A DNA stretch of 16,399 nucleotides from Gemmatimonadota bacterium. GTDB taxonomy: Bacteria; Gemmatimonadota; Gemmatimonadetes; Longimicrobiales; Gaopeijiaceae. This document shows, in pieces, positions 1 to 8,434 of this stretch. The stretch lies in the NCBI GenBank assembly GCA_039589315.1, contig JBDHHQ010000092.1:1-16399 (forward strand), given 5' to 3'. Positions within the stretch are counted from its first letter, which is position 1. Every line of letters begins with the position of its first letter. The position numbers and the translations under genes were made by a program. The notes below the pieces were generated by a model. That model did not search any database and was not told the origin of the DNA. It saw only the letters and a program-made list of their open reading frames with translations.

Positions 1-648
1 CCTGAAGCTCCTGCTGTTCGTCTGTTGGCCGAAGAAGTAGGCCGTTCCCTGGACATCCTCACCGGCCGGGAGCGTACAGATGCTGTACCATCCGTCGGCG
101 TCCGTTCGGGCCTGTGCGGTGCCCATTCGGCGGCCACCGTCCGGGTTGTCCTCCGTCCAGGTCAACAACACCTGGGTGCCCGGCAGAGGGACGCCGGTGG
201 ATGCGTCGCCGACGTAACCGATGGCGCGGCCGGCTTGTTGACCCGGGTCCTCCAACTCGCACAGGAGGCTCATGATGGTCATCATGGACGGGGTGGACAG
301 GGCCACCGAGAGCCGATCGTCCTCGTCGACCGTGATGGGGGTGCGACCCGAGGAGACGCCCAGTGTAGTGAGACGCGGGTGGAAGAAGACCAAGGAGTAG
401 TCCCCGGGAGGCACGTCCTCGATGGCGAAACGCCCGGCATCGTCGGTGGTGGCGAACATGCTGGTGTTCCAGAGGAACACGCGCGCGCCAGCGAGAGGCT
501 GGGAAGCCGTGCTATCGTAGACGAGACCCTCGATGGCCCCTCCCTGAGGAAGGGCAGGGCCCGGGTTCTTCGCTCGAACGGCGGCGGGACCGCTTGCGCC
601 TAGAGCGACGACGAGCAGGATCACACGCGCCGCGGCCGAACCGAGCAT
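1..648 (-). CDS. Secreted carboxypeptidase-regulatory-like (beta-sandwich) domain protein, 3' end runs off the window
   Basis: Translated by hand. ATG at 648, preceded by GAGGA; the frame is open to base 1. MLGSAAARVILLVVALGASG (signal peptide) ... AIEGLVYDSTASQPLAGARVFLW ... TTDDAGRFAIEDVPPGDYSLVFFHP, then a second similar unit GRAIGYVGDASTGVPLPGTQVLLTW ... RTDADGWYSICTLPAG. Confidence 0.85.
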   Translation of the reverse strand, partial: MLGSAAARVILLVVALGASGPAAVRAKNPGPALPQGGAIEGLVYDSTASQPLAGARVFLWNTSMFATTDDAGRFAIEDVPPGDYSLVFFHPRLTTLGVSSGRTPITVDEDDRLSVALSTPSMMTIMSLLCELEDPGQQAGRAIGYVGDASTGVPLPGTQVLLTWTEDNPDGGRRMGTAQARTDADGWYSICTLPAGEDVQGTAYFFGQQTNSRSFR

Positions 649-757
649 AGGGACGTCCTCAGCGACTGATACAAACTTGAACATATCTATTCTATACGCG
701 AACGACGAGCCGACGCTACTGGGGAGGCTCTCCAGGGGCCCGGCCGCAGATCCGCCC

Positions 758-2272
758 GTGGCGTGCCACGACGGCCCACCTGCGACGGTTTCGCGGTGTC
801 GGGTCGCCGGCGCGCCGGCGGTTGCGCTCGCGCTGGGGCTCACGCTGCTCGCGCCTCCATCCAGGACGCGAGCTCAGCAGCCCAGCGCGGCCGATTCGGC
901 CGGGGCGGCCGAGGCTCCCGTCGGCGAGCTCTACGATTCGATCCAGAGTCAGACCGACCCGGCCCAGTCCTACGCCCTGTATCTCCCGCCTGGCTACTCC
1001 ACCGACCGTGTCTGGCCGCTTCTCGTGCTGATGGACCCCCGGGGTAGGGCTCTCGTCCCCATGACAGCGGCGCGGGAGGCTGCCGGGCGGTTCGGGTACG
1101 TGGTCATGAGCTCATACAATACAGCCTCGGACGCGGGCGTGGAGATGAACGACGTCGCTTTCGACGCCATGTTGAGCGACGCCCAGGGAGCCCTGGCCCT
1201 GGATGCCCGACGGCTGTACCTGGTCGGCCTGTCGGGCACGGCCCGCGTCGCGTGGGACTACGCCTTCCGGCTCGGGGATCACGTCGCCGGCGTTGTGGGC
1301 GTGGGTGCCGGCCACGAGCCCACTCTGGTCCTGCCTCTGGCCATCCGGGAGCATGGAAAGCCCTTCGCCTTCTTCGGGACGGCGGGCGTGTTGGATTTCA
1401 ACTACGAAGAGCTCCGGGCGTTGGACGCCCGGCTGGACGAGCTCGCCTTCCCCCACCGAGTCGAGTACTTCGACGGTGGCCACGAATGGCCGCCCGCCAG
1501 CGTCTTCGAGCAGGCGCTGGAGTGGTTCCAGGTTCAGGCCATGCGGTCCGGGTACGTGGAGCCGGACGAGGCTTGGATGTCTGCGGTAGCCGCGCGACGC
1601 CTGGCGGAGGCAGCGGAGCTCGAGGCGGCTGGTGCGCCCAGGGAGGCGCTCAGGGTGTACCGGGCGGTCGCAGCCGACTTTGCCCAGCTCGCCCAGGGAA
1701 GGCAGGCAGCCGAGCGCGCCGACGAGCTCGCGCGGGGAGAGACGATCAGGGCTGCCTTGGCGCTCGAAGACCGACTGGGCCAGGAGGACGCTGCCGCGCG
1801 AGTCGTGTTCTGGGAGTTCGTGGAAGAGGCCCGCGCGGGCGGCGTGATCGACGCCGGTGACGTGATTCGCACGCTCGACATTCCCGCCCTCCGGGCCCGG
1901 GCCCAGGGCCGGGGCGAAGAGGCCCGGGCCTCCCAGCGTCTCCTGGAGTACGTCTTCGTGGTCGCGGCCTTCTATGAGCCCAGGGGCTATCTGGCGGACG
2001 GCGCGCTGAGCCGGGCTCACGCGTTTCTCGAGGTCGCCGATGCCGTGAAGCCGGATCACCCCGGGGTTTGCGTTGGCCTCGCCCGCGTGTACGCTCGCTC
2101 CGAGCGCACGGCCGACGCGTTGGACGCGCTGGCGTGCGCGGCAGACGGGGGTGGCGTAGCACCGGAGACGCTGGAGGCCCATGCCGACTTCGAGTCGCTG
2201 CGAGGGGAAGTCGGGTTCGGCGAGCTGGTGGAGAGGGCCAGGCGGACCTACGGAACCGGTCCTGGTCCCTAG
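758..2272 (+). CDS. Secreted alpha/beta-hydrolase (esterase/peptidase-like) with C-terminal TPR-like region
   Basis: SYALYLPPGY..WPLLVLMDPRG, nucleophile elbow LYLVGLSGTAR, candidate Asp (LDFNY) and His (GGHEWPP). Helical C-terminus LARVYAR...ADFESLRG. Hydrophobic signal-like stretch AVALALGLTLLA. Start is uncertain (TTG 677 or GTG 758). Confidence 0.75.
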   Translation: MACHDGPPATVSRCRVAGAPAVALALGLTLLAPPSRTRAQQPSAADSAGAAEAPVGELYDSIQSQTDPAQSYALYLPPGYSTDRVWPLLVLMDPRGRALVPMTAAREAAGRFGYVVMSSYNTASDAGVEMNDVAFDAMLSDAQGALALDARRLYLVGLSGTARVAWDYAFRLGDHVAGVVGVGAGHEPTLVLPLAIREHGKPFAFFGTAGVLDFNYEELRALDARLDELAFPHRVEYFDGGHEWPPASVFEQALEWFQVQAMRSGYVEPDEAWMSAVAARRLAEAAELEAAGAPREALRVYRAVAADFAQLAQGRQAAERADELARGETIRAALALEDRLGQEDAAARVVFWEFVEEARAGGVIDAGDVIRTLDIPALRARAQGRGEEARASQRLLEYVFVVAAFYEPRGYLADGALSRAHAFLEVADAVKPDHPGVCVGLARVYARSERTADALDALACAADGGGVAPETLEAHADFESLRGEVGFGELVERARRTYGTGPGP

Positions 2273-2307
2273 CGGCGACTCGGCTGGCCCGTAGGGCCAT
2301 CCCCATA

Positions 2308-2336
2308 TTGATCCGCCCCACGCTCTTATCTATCTT
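2308..2336 (+). promoter_or_regulatory. Probable sigma70 promoter of rplU-rpmA
   Basis: TTGATC (2308-2313) - 17 bp - TATCTT (2331-2336), in an AT-richer gap about 60 bp upstream of rplU. Confidence 0.65.
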
Positions 2337-2401
2337 TCACTGCTCTGGCAACTACGATTCGGACATTCGTACCCGAACCCGTTCCTCCGTAGGACATGAC
2401 C

Positions 2402-2716
2402 ATGTACGCAGTCTTCCAGACCGGTGGGAAGCAGTTCAGGGCCGAGCCGGGCGTGCGCCTGCGCATTCCGACCCTGGACGTGGAGCCCGGAGAGACCGTG
2501 ACCTTCGACCAGGTACTCCTGGCCGGCGGCGAGGACGAGGCCGTGTCCGTGGGCGCACCCGTGGTGGAAGGCGCCCAGGTGACAGCCGAGGTCCTGGGCC
2601 ACGGCCGGGACAAGAAGGTCATCGTCTTCAAGCGCAAGCGCCGTAAGGGCTACCGAAAGAAGCAGGGCCACCGGCAGGGATACACGGAGATCAAGGTCAG
2701 CGAGATCACGCTCTGA
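2402..2716 (+). CDS. rplU: 50S ribosomal protein L21
   Basis: [14 protein letters not shown]...[32 protein letters not shown] spacing favours ATG 2402 over 2396. Confidence 0.98.
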   Translation: MYAVFQTGGKQFRAEPGVRLRIPTLDVEPGETVTFDQVLLAGGEDEAVSVGAPVVEGAQVTAEVLGHGRDKKVIVFKRKRRKGYRKKQGHRQGYTEIKVSEITL

Positions 2717-2759
2717 GGACGGCAGACCCGACGGACTGACAGCAGACAGGGAACGCACA

Positions 2760-3014
2760 ATGGCTCACAAGAAGGGTGTCGGCTCCAGCCGAAACGGCCG
2801 CGACAGCAACCCCAACTATCTGGGCGTCAAGCGGTACGGCGGCGAGCAGGTGCGCGCGGGAGGGATCCTGGTGCGCCAGCGCGGGACGAAGTTCCACGCG
2901 GGCCGAAACGTCGGCCGCGGAGGGGATGACACCCTGTTCGCCCTCGTCGACGGCACGGTGAAGTTCGAAAGCCGCCGCCATCGGAAAGTGATCTCGGTCT
3001 ACCCCGAGGATTGA
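2760..3014 (+). CDS. rpmA: 50S ribosomal protein L27
   Basis: [43 protein letters not shown]. Follows rplU; no N-terminal extension and no prp gene between them. Confidence 0.98.
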   Translation: MAHKKGVGSSRNGRDSNPNYLGVKRYGGEQVRAGGILVRQRGTKFHAGRNVGRGGDDTLFALVDGTVKFESRRHRKVISVYPED

Positions 3015-3280
3015 CGAGGATCACGGTCCATTCAGCCGCACCAGCCCGGCGGATGGATCTTTGCCGAGACTTCGGCTGTAACATTCTGAACGGGTCCGGG
3101 GCGCCGGAGACGGCGCATCGCGAGAATCGTCAACGCTGACAGTGCTTTTGGACAGGTCGGCACGGATCTCGCTAGGACTCTCGCCGCGCGTCGTAGGAAG
3201 AAACGCGCGACTCGTCCCACCAGAAGGGCTCCCGAACGAAGTGCAGACGCTCAGGGACGAGTATAGATGGAGGTCGAACC

Positions 3281-4291
3281 ATGTTGTTCGAGATAGATAG
3301 CACACGCCCTCGCGGTAGCTCCCGACGTGGCCCCAATCGTGTCCTGCCACAACGGCAGATGCCTGCCCGGGGTCCGTCCGCTCTGCGCCTGCTCGTGCTG
3401 CAGGCCCTGCTGGTCGCCGCCAGTGCCTGTAGCCCGGTGGCGAACGACGTCGACACGCCGGTCCCGCTGGACGAAATCGCCTCCGACGCGCGCCTTCCGG
3501 TCGAGGTGAACGACCGGGTCACGTACTGGATGCGACGGTTCGTGGGTGACCAGCGGCCGACCTTCGAGCAGTTCCTGGTGAGGCAGGGTCTCTACGGCGA
3601 CATGATCCAGGGCAAGCTCCGAGCCCGGGGCATGCCGGAAGATCTGCTGTACCTGGCCATGATCGAGTCCGGCTTTCGGCCGATGGCGCAGTCGAAGGTG
3701 GAGGCCACCGGGGTCTGGCAGTTCATGGGCCCCACGGCTCGGCAGTACGGTCTGAGGATCGATGAGTACGTGGACGAGCGCCGGGATCCCGTCAAGGCCA
3801 CCGACGCCGCCCTCGACTATCTGGAGACCCTACACGAGCGGTTCGGATCGTGGTACCTGGCGGCAGCGGCGTACAACGCCGGGCCCAACCGAGTGGCGCG
3901 GGTTCTGCGCGACCATGCCGACGCGCGCACCGGTGACGAGGAGCTCTACTGGGAGATCATCGAGCACCTCCCCTGGGAGACGCGGCATTACGTACCGCGC
4001 CTGATCGCTGCCACGCTGCTGGCCAAACGGGCGGACGACCTGGGCTTCGCGGCCGAGCGGGACTTGCCGTACGCCTACGACAGGGTGTGGGTCCCGGGCA
4101 ACACGCGCCTGAGCACGGTCGCCAGGGAGCTGGACGTTCCCCCGTCGCTGCTCCGGGACCTCAACCCCCACCTGATCCGTGGAGTCACGCCGCCAGGGGG
4201 CTCCCACGAGCTGCGGGTGCCCAGCGGTCGGTCTCAGGCGGTGGTGGCGGCACTCAACGGCAGCGGCTCGCGGGTCTTGGCGGACGACTGA
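3281..4291 (+). CDS. Lytic transglycosylase (SLT domain, MltD-like), probable lipoprotein with a LysM-like C-terminus
   Basis: Motifs YLAMIESGF (catalytic Glu), ATGVWQFM, DERRDP, AAYNAG, ETRHYVP. Lipobox-like LVAASAC. LysM-like LSTVARELDVPPSLLRDLNP. GGAGGT lies 6 nt before ATG 3281. Confidence 0.9.
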   Translation: MLFEIDSTRPRGSSRRGPNRVLPQRQMPARGPSALRLLVLQALLVAASACSPVANDVDTPVPLDEIASDARLPVEVNDRVTYWMRRFVGDQRPTFEQFLVRQGLYGDMIQGKLRARGMPEDLLYLAMIESGFRPMAQSKVEATGVWQFMGPTARQYGLRIDEYVDERRDPVKATDAALDYLETLHERFGSWYLAAAAYNAGPNRVARVLRDHADARTGDEELYWEIIEHLPWETRHYVPRLIAATLLAKRADDLGFAAERDLPYAYDRVWVPGNTRLSTVARELDVPPSLLRDLNPHLIRGVTPPGGSHELRVPSGRSQAVVAALNGSGSRVLADD

Positions 4292-4296
4292 GGCCT

Positions 4297-4317
4297 GGGG
4301 CCGGCCTACCCGGTCCC
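4297..4317. terminator. Possible hairpin between convergent genes
   Basis: GGGGCCGG-cctac-CCGGTCCC stem-loop in the 29-bp gap between two stop codons; no clear U-tract. Confidence 0.3.
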
Positions 4318-4320
4318 CCT

Positions 4321-4602
4321 TCAACCCCGCTGGGCGTCCCGGGCCGACGCCATGATGCGCCAGATCACGTCCCGGGCCAACTCCTCGTCGACCCCGAGCT
4401 GTCTGGATAGCTCCGCCACCTGCCGAGCCACCTGGGCCTCACGGGCCGGGTCGAGCACGGGCAGGCCCAGCGCCTCCTTCGCACGCCCGATCCGGAGCGC
4501 CAGGTCGCGACGCCGCCCGATGAGGCGGATCAACGCCTCGTCTAGGGCCTGGATCTCGCTCCGCAGCTCGTCCAGCGTCTCCCGGGCTCCGTCGTCAGGC
4601 AT
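4321..4602 (-). CDS. Chorismate mutase type II (AroQ-like, monofunctional)
   Basis: LDELRSEIQALDEALIRLIGRRRDLALRIGRAK...PVLDPAREAQV is the classic CM_2 pattern. ATG 4602 overlaps the symporter stop (ATGCCTGA). Confidence 0.88.
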   Translation of the reverse strand: MPDDGARETLDELRSEIQALDEALIRLIGRRRDLALRIGRAKEALGLPVLDPAREAQVARQVAELSRQLGVDEELARDVIWRIMASARDAQRG

Positions 4603-6106
4603 GAGTCGCCGATCCACCGGCGTCCGGCTTCGTCGCTTGGGCTTGGCCACTCACGAACACTCCGGAGTGGACGTCCGACTGCGCCGGTGTCAGCAGGCTC
4701 ACCAGCACCAGCACAGGGACATGCACGAGAAGGCCCAACACGCCCTCGTGGACATCGAACGGCCGCAGCGACGCGTTGAAGTAGAAGAACAGGGCGGTCG
4801 CCGATCCGGCCAGCAGCCCGGCGATGGCACCGGCCGTAGTGGCCCGCCGCCAATAGAGGGCCGCTACGATGGGTGGGGCCAGCTGGGCAATGATCCCGTA
4901 CGCGGTGAGCAACAGGACCACCAACGACTCGGCTCGGGTGATTGCGAACACGTAGGCGATGGCTCCGACCACCACGACCAGGCCCCGCATCAGGAGCCGC
5001 TGCTGGTGATCGTTCAGACCGGTGGCGAACGGGCGGATGCCGTCCTCGACGGCCACCGAGGCCGACGCGTGGAGCAGCGCGTCCCCGGTGGACATGGACG
5101 CCGACAGCGCGCCGGCACAGAAGAGCCCGACCACCAGAGCGGGCAGATCGGTCCGTAGGATCAGGAACGGCAGGATGAAGTCGGGCTCGGGCGGTGTGTC
5201 CGGGAACAGCACGCCCGCAAAGCCGATCAGGAACACCGGGATGAGGAAAAGCTGGAAGGTGGGGAACAGCACCACCGTACGGCGCAGCGTCCGGTCGTCC
5301 TTGGCGGTGAACGCCTTCATGAACAGGTGGGGCCACATCTGGAGTCCCACCGCGCTGACGAGGATCGCCGAAGAGTAGCCGCCCCAGGACCAGGGATCTC
5401 CCGCGGCCGTCAGGCCCGGCGCCCTGAGCAGCTCGGGGCGCGCCTCCGCGATCTGCTCGAACATGGGGCCCACGCCGCCGTACAGCTTGAACGGGAGGTA
5501 GATCCCCAGCGTCCAGGCGATGGCCAGCATGAAGATGCCTTGGAACGTATTGGTCCACCCCACCGCCGCCACTCCGGCGCTCAGCACGTAGATGATGACG
5601 ATGCCGTAGGCCAGCGCGGCACCCGCGGCCAGGGAGATGTGTCCGTCCGTGACCGCTTCGATGACGATGCCCGCGCCCCGCATCTGCAGGGTGACGTACG
5701 GGATGAATGCCAGCACCGTAAGTGCCGCCACGAGCACGGACAGAAAGCGGGAGGGGAAGCGGCCCACCAGGAGCTGGGCCTGGGTCACGTACCCGAAGCG
5801 CCGGCCCAGCCGAGCTGTCTTGGGCCCCATGAAGTACCAGGGCGCCATGCCCAGCACACCGTAGGACAGGATGTAGAAGCCCGCTGCGCCCCGCGAGTAG
5901 GCCCACCCCGGCCCTCCCAGGAAGGCGAATGCGCTGAAAACGCTGGCCCCCGTCACGAAGTACATGACCAGCAGCCCGAACTCCCGGTCGCCGGCCACGT
6001 AACCGGTGACGCTGTTCGAGGCGCGCCGGCCGGCTGCCAGGCCGATGCCCAGGGTGACGGCGAGGTATACCGCGAAGACGGCGACGATGACTTGCCACTG
6101 CTCCAT
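4595..6106 (-). CDS. Sodium:solute symporter (SSS) family permease
   Basis: 503 aa, many TM helices. Motifs YVAGDR, ASVFSAFAFLGGPGWAY, GVAAVGWTNTFQG, GALSASMSTGD, ALYWRRAT. Confidence 0.93.
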   Translation of the reverse strand: MEQWQVIVAVFAVYLAVTLGIGLAAGRRASNSVTGYVAGDREFGLLVMYFVTGASVFSAFAFLGGPGWAYSRGAAGFYILSYGVLGMAPWYFMGPKTARLGRRFGYVTQAQLLVGRFPSRFLSVLVAALTVLAFIPYVTLQMRGAGIVIEAVTDGHISLAAGAALAYGIVIIYVLSAGVAAVGWTNTFQGIFMLAIAWTLGIYLPFKLYGGVGPMFEQIAEARPELLRAPGLTAAGDPWSWGGYSSAILVSAVGLQMWPHLFMKAFTAKDDRTLRRTVVLFPTFQLFLIPVFLIGFAGVLFPDTPPEPDFILPFLILRTDLPALVVGLFCAGALSASMSTGDALLHASASVAVEDGIRPFATGLNDHQQRLLMRGLVVVVGAIAYVFAITRAESLVVLLLTAYGIIAQLAPPIVAALYWRRATTAGAIAGLLAGSATALFFYFNASLRPFDVHEGVLGLLVHVPVLVLVSLLTPAQSDVHSGVFVSGQAQATKPDAGGSATHA

Positions 6107-6315
6107 CAGCCGTCCTCCTCACGGTCCTCGGCCCGGGTCTCCGACCGGTCGAGGAAGAACAGGACGACGCAGCCCAGAACCACCCAGATGGCGGGCCAGG
6201 CGAAGGAGAGAGGGAGACCCAGAACGCTGGGAGCAATGCGGTTGAACGGCACGTAGCCGGGCCAGGTGACGGCCACGACGAAGAGGACGAAGAACGCGGT
6301 GGCGAGGGCTCTCAT
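6106..6315 (-). CDS. Small 2-TM symporter accessory protein (DUF3311-like)
   Basis: 69 aa with PFNRIAPSVLGLPLSFAW between two hydrophobic helices. TGATG overlap with the symporter start; GGAGG upstream. Confidence 0.85.
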   Translation of the reverse strand: MRALATAFFVLFVVAVTWPGYVPFNRIAPSVLGLPLSFAWPAIWVVLGCVVLFFLDRSETRAEDREEDG

Positions 6316-6448
6316 GGGAGGGCAGCCTCCGCGAGTCGGGGTCCCGCGAGCGTCAGTCCGCCCCGCCCGTACGGGCTTGCGGCGGACGCGCTTCGCGGAG
6401 CCACGCCCTCAGCGGACGCGCTCGGAGCAGACCAGCATCCCCCCGCCG

Positions 6449-6658
6449 TCATGAGGACGCCTCGTCACGCTCCTCGAGGGCCGAGGCGCAGGCATCCAGT
6501 GCCGCCGTCAGCTCGTCGAGGAGGGTGCGGGCGGCCGACGGCGTGAGCCCGTCGTGGCCGACCTGGCTCCTGAGCTGGCGGATCTTCGACGTAGCGGACC
6601 GGATGCGCCGGCTCGCGTCCGGACGGGGCGCGTCCGGAAAGAGGTCGTGGACGTCCAT
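6449..6658 (-). CDS. Small hypothetical helical protein
   Basis: 69-aa ORF filling the gap in a co-oriented block, AGGA upstream, amphipathic helical pattern (RIRSATSKIRQLRS / AARTLLDELTAALD). Confidence 0.65.
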   Translation of the reverse strand: MDVHDLFPDAPRPDASRRIRSATSKIRQLRSQVGHDGLTPSAARTLLDELTAALDACASALEERDEASS

Positions 6659-6736
6659 GGCTCGGCTGGTCCTGGGTGCGGGCTCGAGTGTGCGTGGTAC
6701 CTTAGCAGTCGGCGCGTTCAGGCGCAGCCCCGCTCC

Positions 6737-7525
6737 TCAGCTCCCCCTGAAGTCCGGTTCCCGCTTCTCGATGAACGCGCTCACGCCCTCTCGGCCGTCG
6801 TCGCTGGCGAAGGCTGCCAGGAAGAGCTCCCTTTCGAGGGCGAGCCCCGCCGAGAGCGGCGTCTCCACGGCGGCCTGCACCGACTGCTTGACCAGTCGGA
6901 GCGCCACCGGGCTCCACCGGGCCATGCGCCGGGCTACGTCCATGGCCTTCTCGAGGTGCTGGCCATCGTCCACCAGAAACTCCACGAGTCCGATCCGGTG
7001 GGCCTCCTCCGCGTCCACGAAGTCGCCTGACAGCGCGATCCGAAGGGCTTGGCCGGGCCCTACCAGCCGGGCCAGCCGTTGCGTGCCCCCGGCACCCGGG
7101 ATCAGACCCAGGCGAATCTCGGCCTGGCCGAAGCGGGCAGTCCGATCGGCCACGCGCAGGTCGCATGCCAGGGCCAGCTCGGAGCCGCCACCCAGGCAGT
7201 AACCATGGACTGCCGCGATAATGGGCTTTGGAAAGGCCGCCACCGCGTCGTACACCCGGCGCTTCTCGTACACCTTGCGCTGCTCCGACGCAGACCGAGC
7301 GGCGAACTCCGCAACGTCGGCACCGGCCACGAACGCCTTCTCACCGGCGCCGTGCAGGACGGCGACCTTCACGTCGTCGTCGGTGGCCAACGCGTCCACC
7401 GCTTCCATGATCTCCCGGCGAACGGTGGCGTTGAGCGCGTTGAGCTTCTCGGGGCGGTTGAGCGTGATTACGGCGACGGGTCCGTCGGTCTCGAGGAGGA
7501 TCGTCTCGAAGCTCATGGGCGTCAT
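6737..7525 (-). CDS. Enoyl-CoA hydratase (crotonase, PaaF-like)
   Basis: LNRPEKLNAL, AFVAGAD, LGGGSELALACD, QAEIRLGLIPGAGGTQRL; both catalytic Glu present. ATGA overlap with the upstream gene. Confidence 0.93.
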   Translation of the reverse strand: MTPMSFETILLETDGPVAVITLNRPEKLNALNATVRREIMEAVDALATDDDVKVAVLHGAGEKAFVAGADVAEFAARSASEQRKVYEKRRVYDAVAAFPKPIIAAVHGYCLGGGSELALACDLRVADRTARFGQAEIRLGLIPGAGGTQRLARLVGPGQALRIALSGDFVDAEEAHRIGLVEFLVDDGQHLEKAMDVARRMARWSPVALRLVKQSVQAAVETPLSAGLALERELFLAAFASDDGREGVSAFIEKREPDFRGS

Positions 7526-8385
7526 TCGCTCCAGTCGTAGAATCCGTGCCCGCTCTTCTTGCCCAGCTTACCCTGGGCCACCATACGCCGGAGGATCTCG
7601 GGGGGTCGGAAGGCGTCGGAGCCCAGCTTCTCGTGCAGGTACTCCGCGATGCCCAGGCGCACGTCCAGCCCCACCAGGTCGGTGAGACGCAGCGGACCCA
7701 TGGGGTGCCGGTAGCCCAGCTCCATGGCCGTGTCGATGGCTTCCGGCGCCGCCACCCCCTCCTCCACCATGCGCATGGCCTCCAGGCCCAGGATCACGCC
7801 CAAGCGGGAAGATGCGAACCCGGGAGAGTCCTTCACCACGACGGGCTCCTTGCCGATGCGCCGGACGAACGCCACTGCGGCCGCCCGGGTGTCGTCGGCC
7901 GTCTTCGGGCCCCACACCACCTCCACCAGCTTCATGATGTGGACCGGGTTGAAGAAGTGGAGGCCGATGAAGCGCTCCGGCCGTGCCACCTCCTGCGCCA
8001 GGTCACCGATGCTCAGCGACGAGGTGTTGGTGGCCAGGATGGCCTTGCCGGCACCTGCCTCCCGGACCTGGGCGAAGATGCGCGCCTTGAGCTCGGGCAC
8101 CTCGGGCACGGCCTCGATCACCAGGTCGGCGCCTCTCACCGCCTCGGCGAGCTGGTCGGTCGCCGAGAGATTCGCCAGGGTGGCGCCTCGTTCCTCGCCG
8201 GAGACCTTCCCCAGGGACACGCCTTTGTCCAGGTTGGACCGGACGCGCTCCACGGCCCGGGAGAGGGCATCGGCGTCCACGTCGAACAGGCGCGTGACAC
8301 AGCCATGGGCGGCTGCCACCTGGGCGATGCCATGGCCCATGGTGCCGGCGCCGATGACCGCGACCGTAGCGATCCCCGAGCTCAT
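7522..8385 (-). CDS. 3-hydroxyacyl-CoA dehydrogenase (Hbd/PaaH-like, short form)
   Basis: GAGTMGHGIA Rossmann motif, EAVPE, ATNTSSL, GLHFFNPV, HPMGPL, GKLGKKSG. Confidence 0.95.
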   Translation of the reverse strand: MSSGIATVAVIGAGTMGHGIAQVAAAHGCVTRLFDVDADALSRAVERVRSNLDKGVSLGKVSGEERGATLANLSATDQLAEAVRGADLVIEAVPEVPELKARIFAQVREAGAGKAILATNTSSLSIGDLAQEVARPERFIGLHFFNPVHIMKLVEVVWGPKTADDTRAAAVAFVRRIGKEPVVVKDSPGFASSRLGVILGLEAMRMVEEGVAAPEAIDTAMELGYRHPMGPLRLTDLVGLDVRLGIAEYLHEKLGSDAFRPPEILRRMVAQGKLGKKSGHGFYDWSE

Positions 8386-8434
8386 ACGTGGCTCCTCGAG
8401 GCGAGGCTCCCGAAGCCGTGCCGCGACCGGACCC

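Noticed and set aside
25..603. Plus-strand 192-aa ORF
   Set aside because: Antisense shadow of the minus-strand gene at 1-648.
3232..3256. CGAAGTGCAGACGCTCAGG resembling the glycine riboswitch P3 core
   Set aside because: Lacks the upstream GGAGA element and correct spacing, and the gene context is unrelated to glycine.
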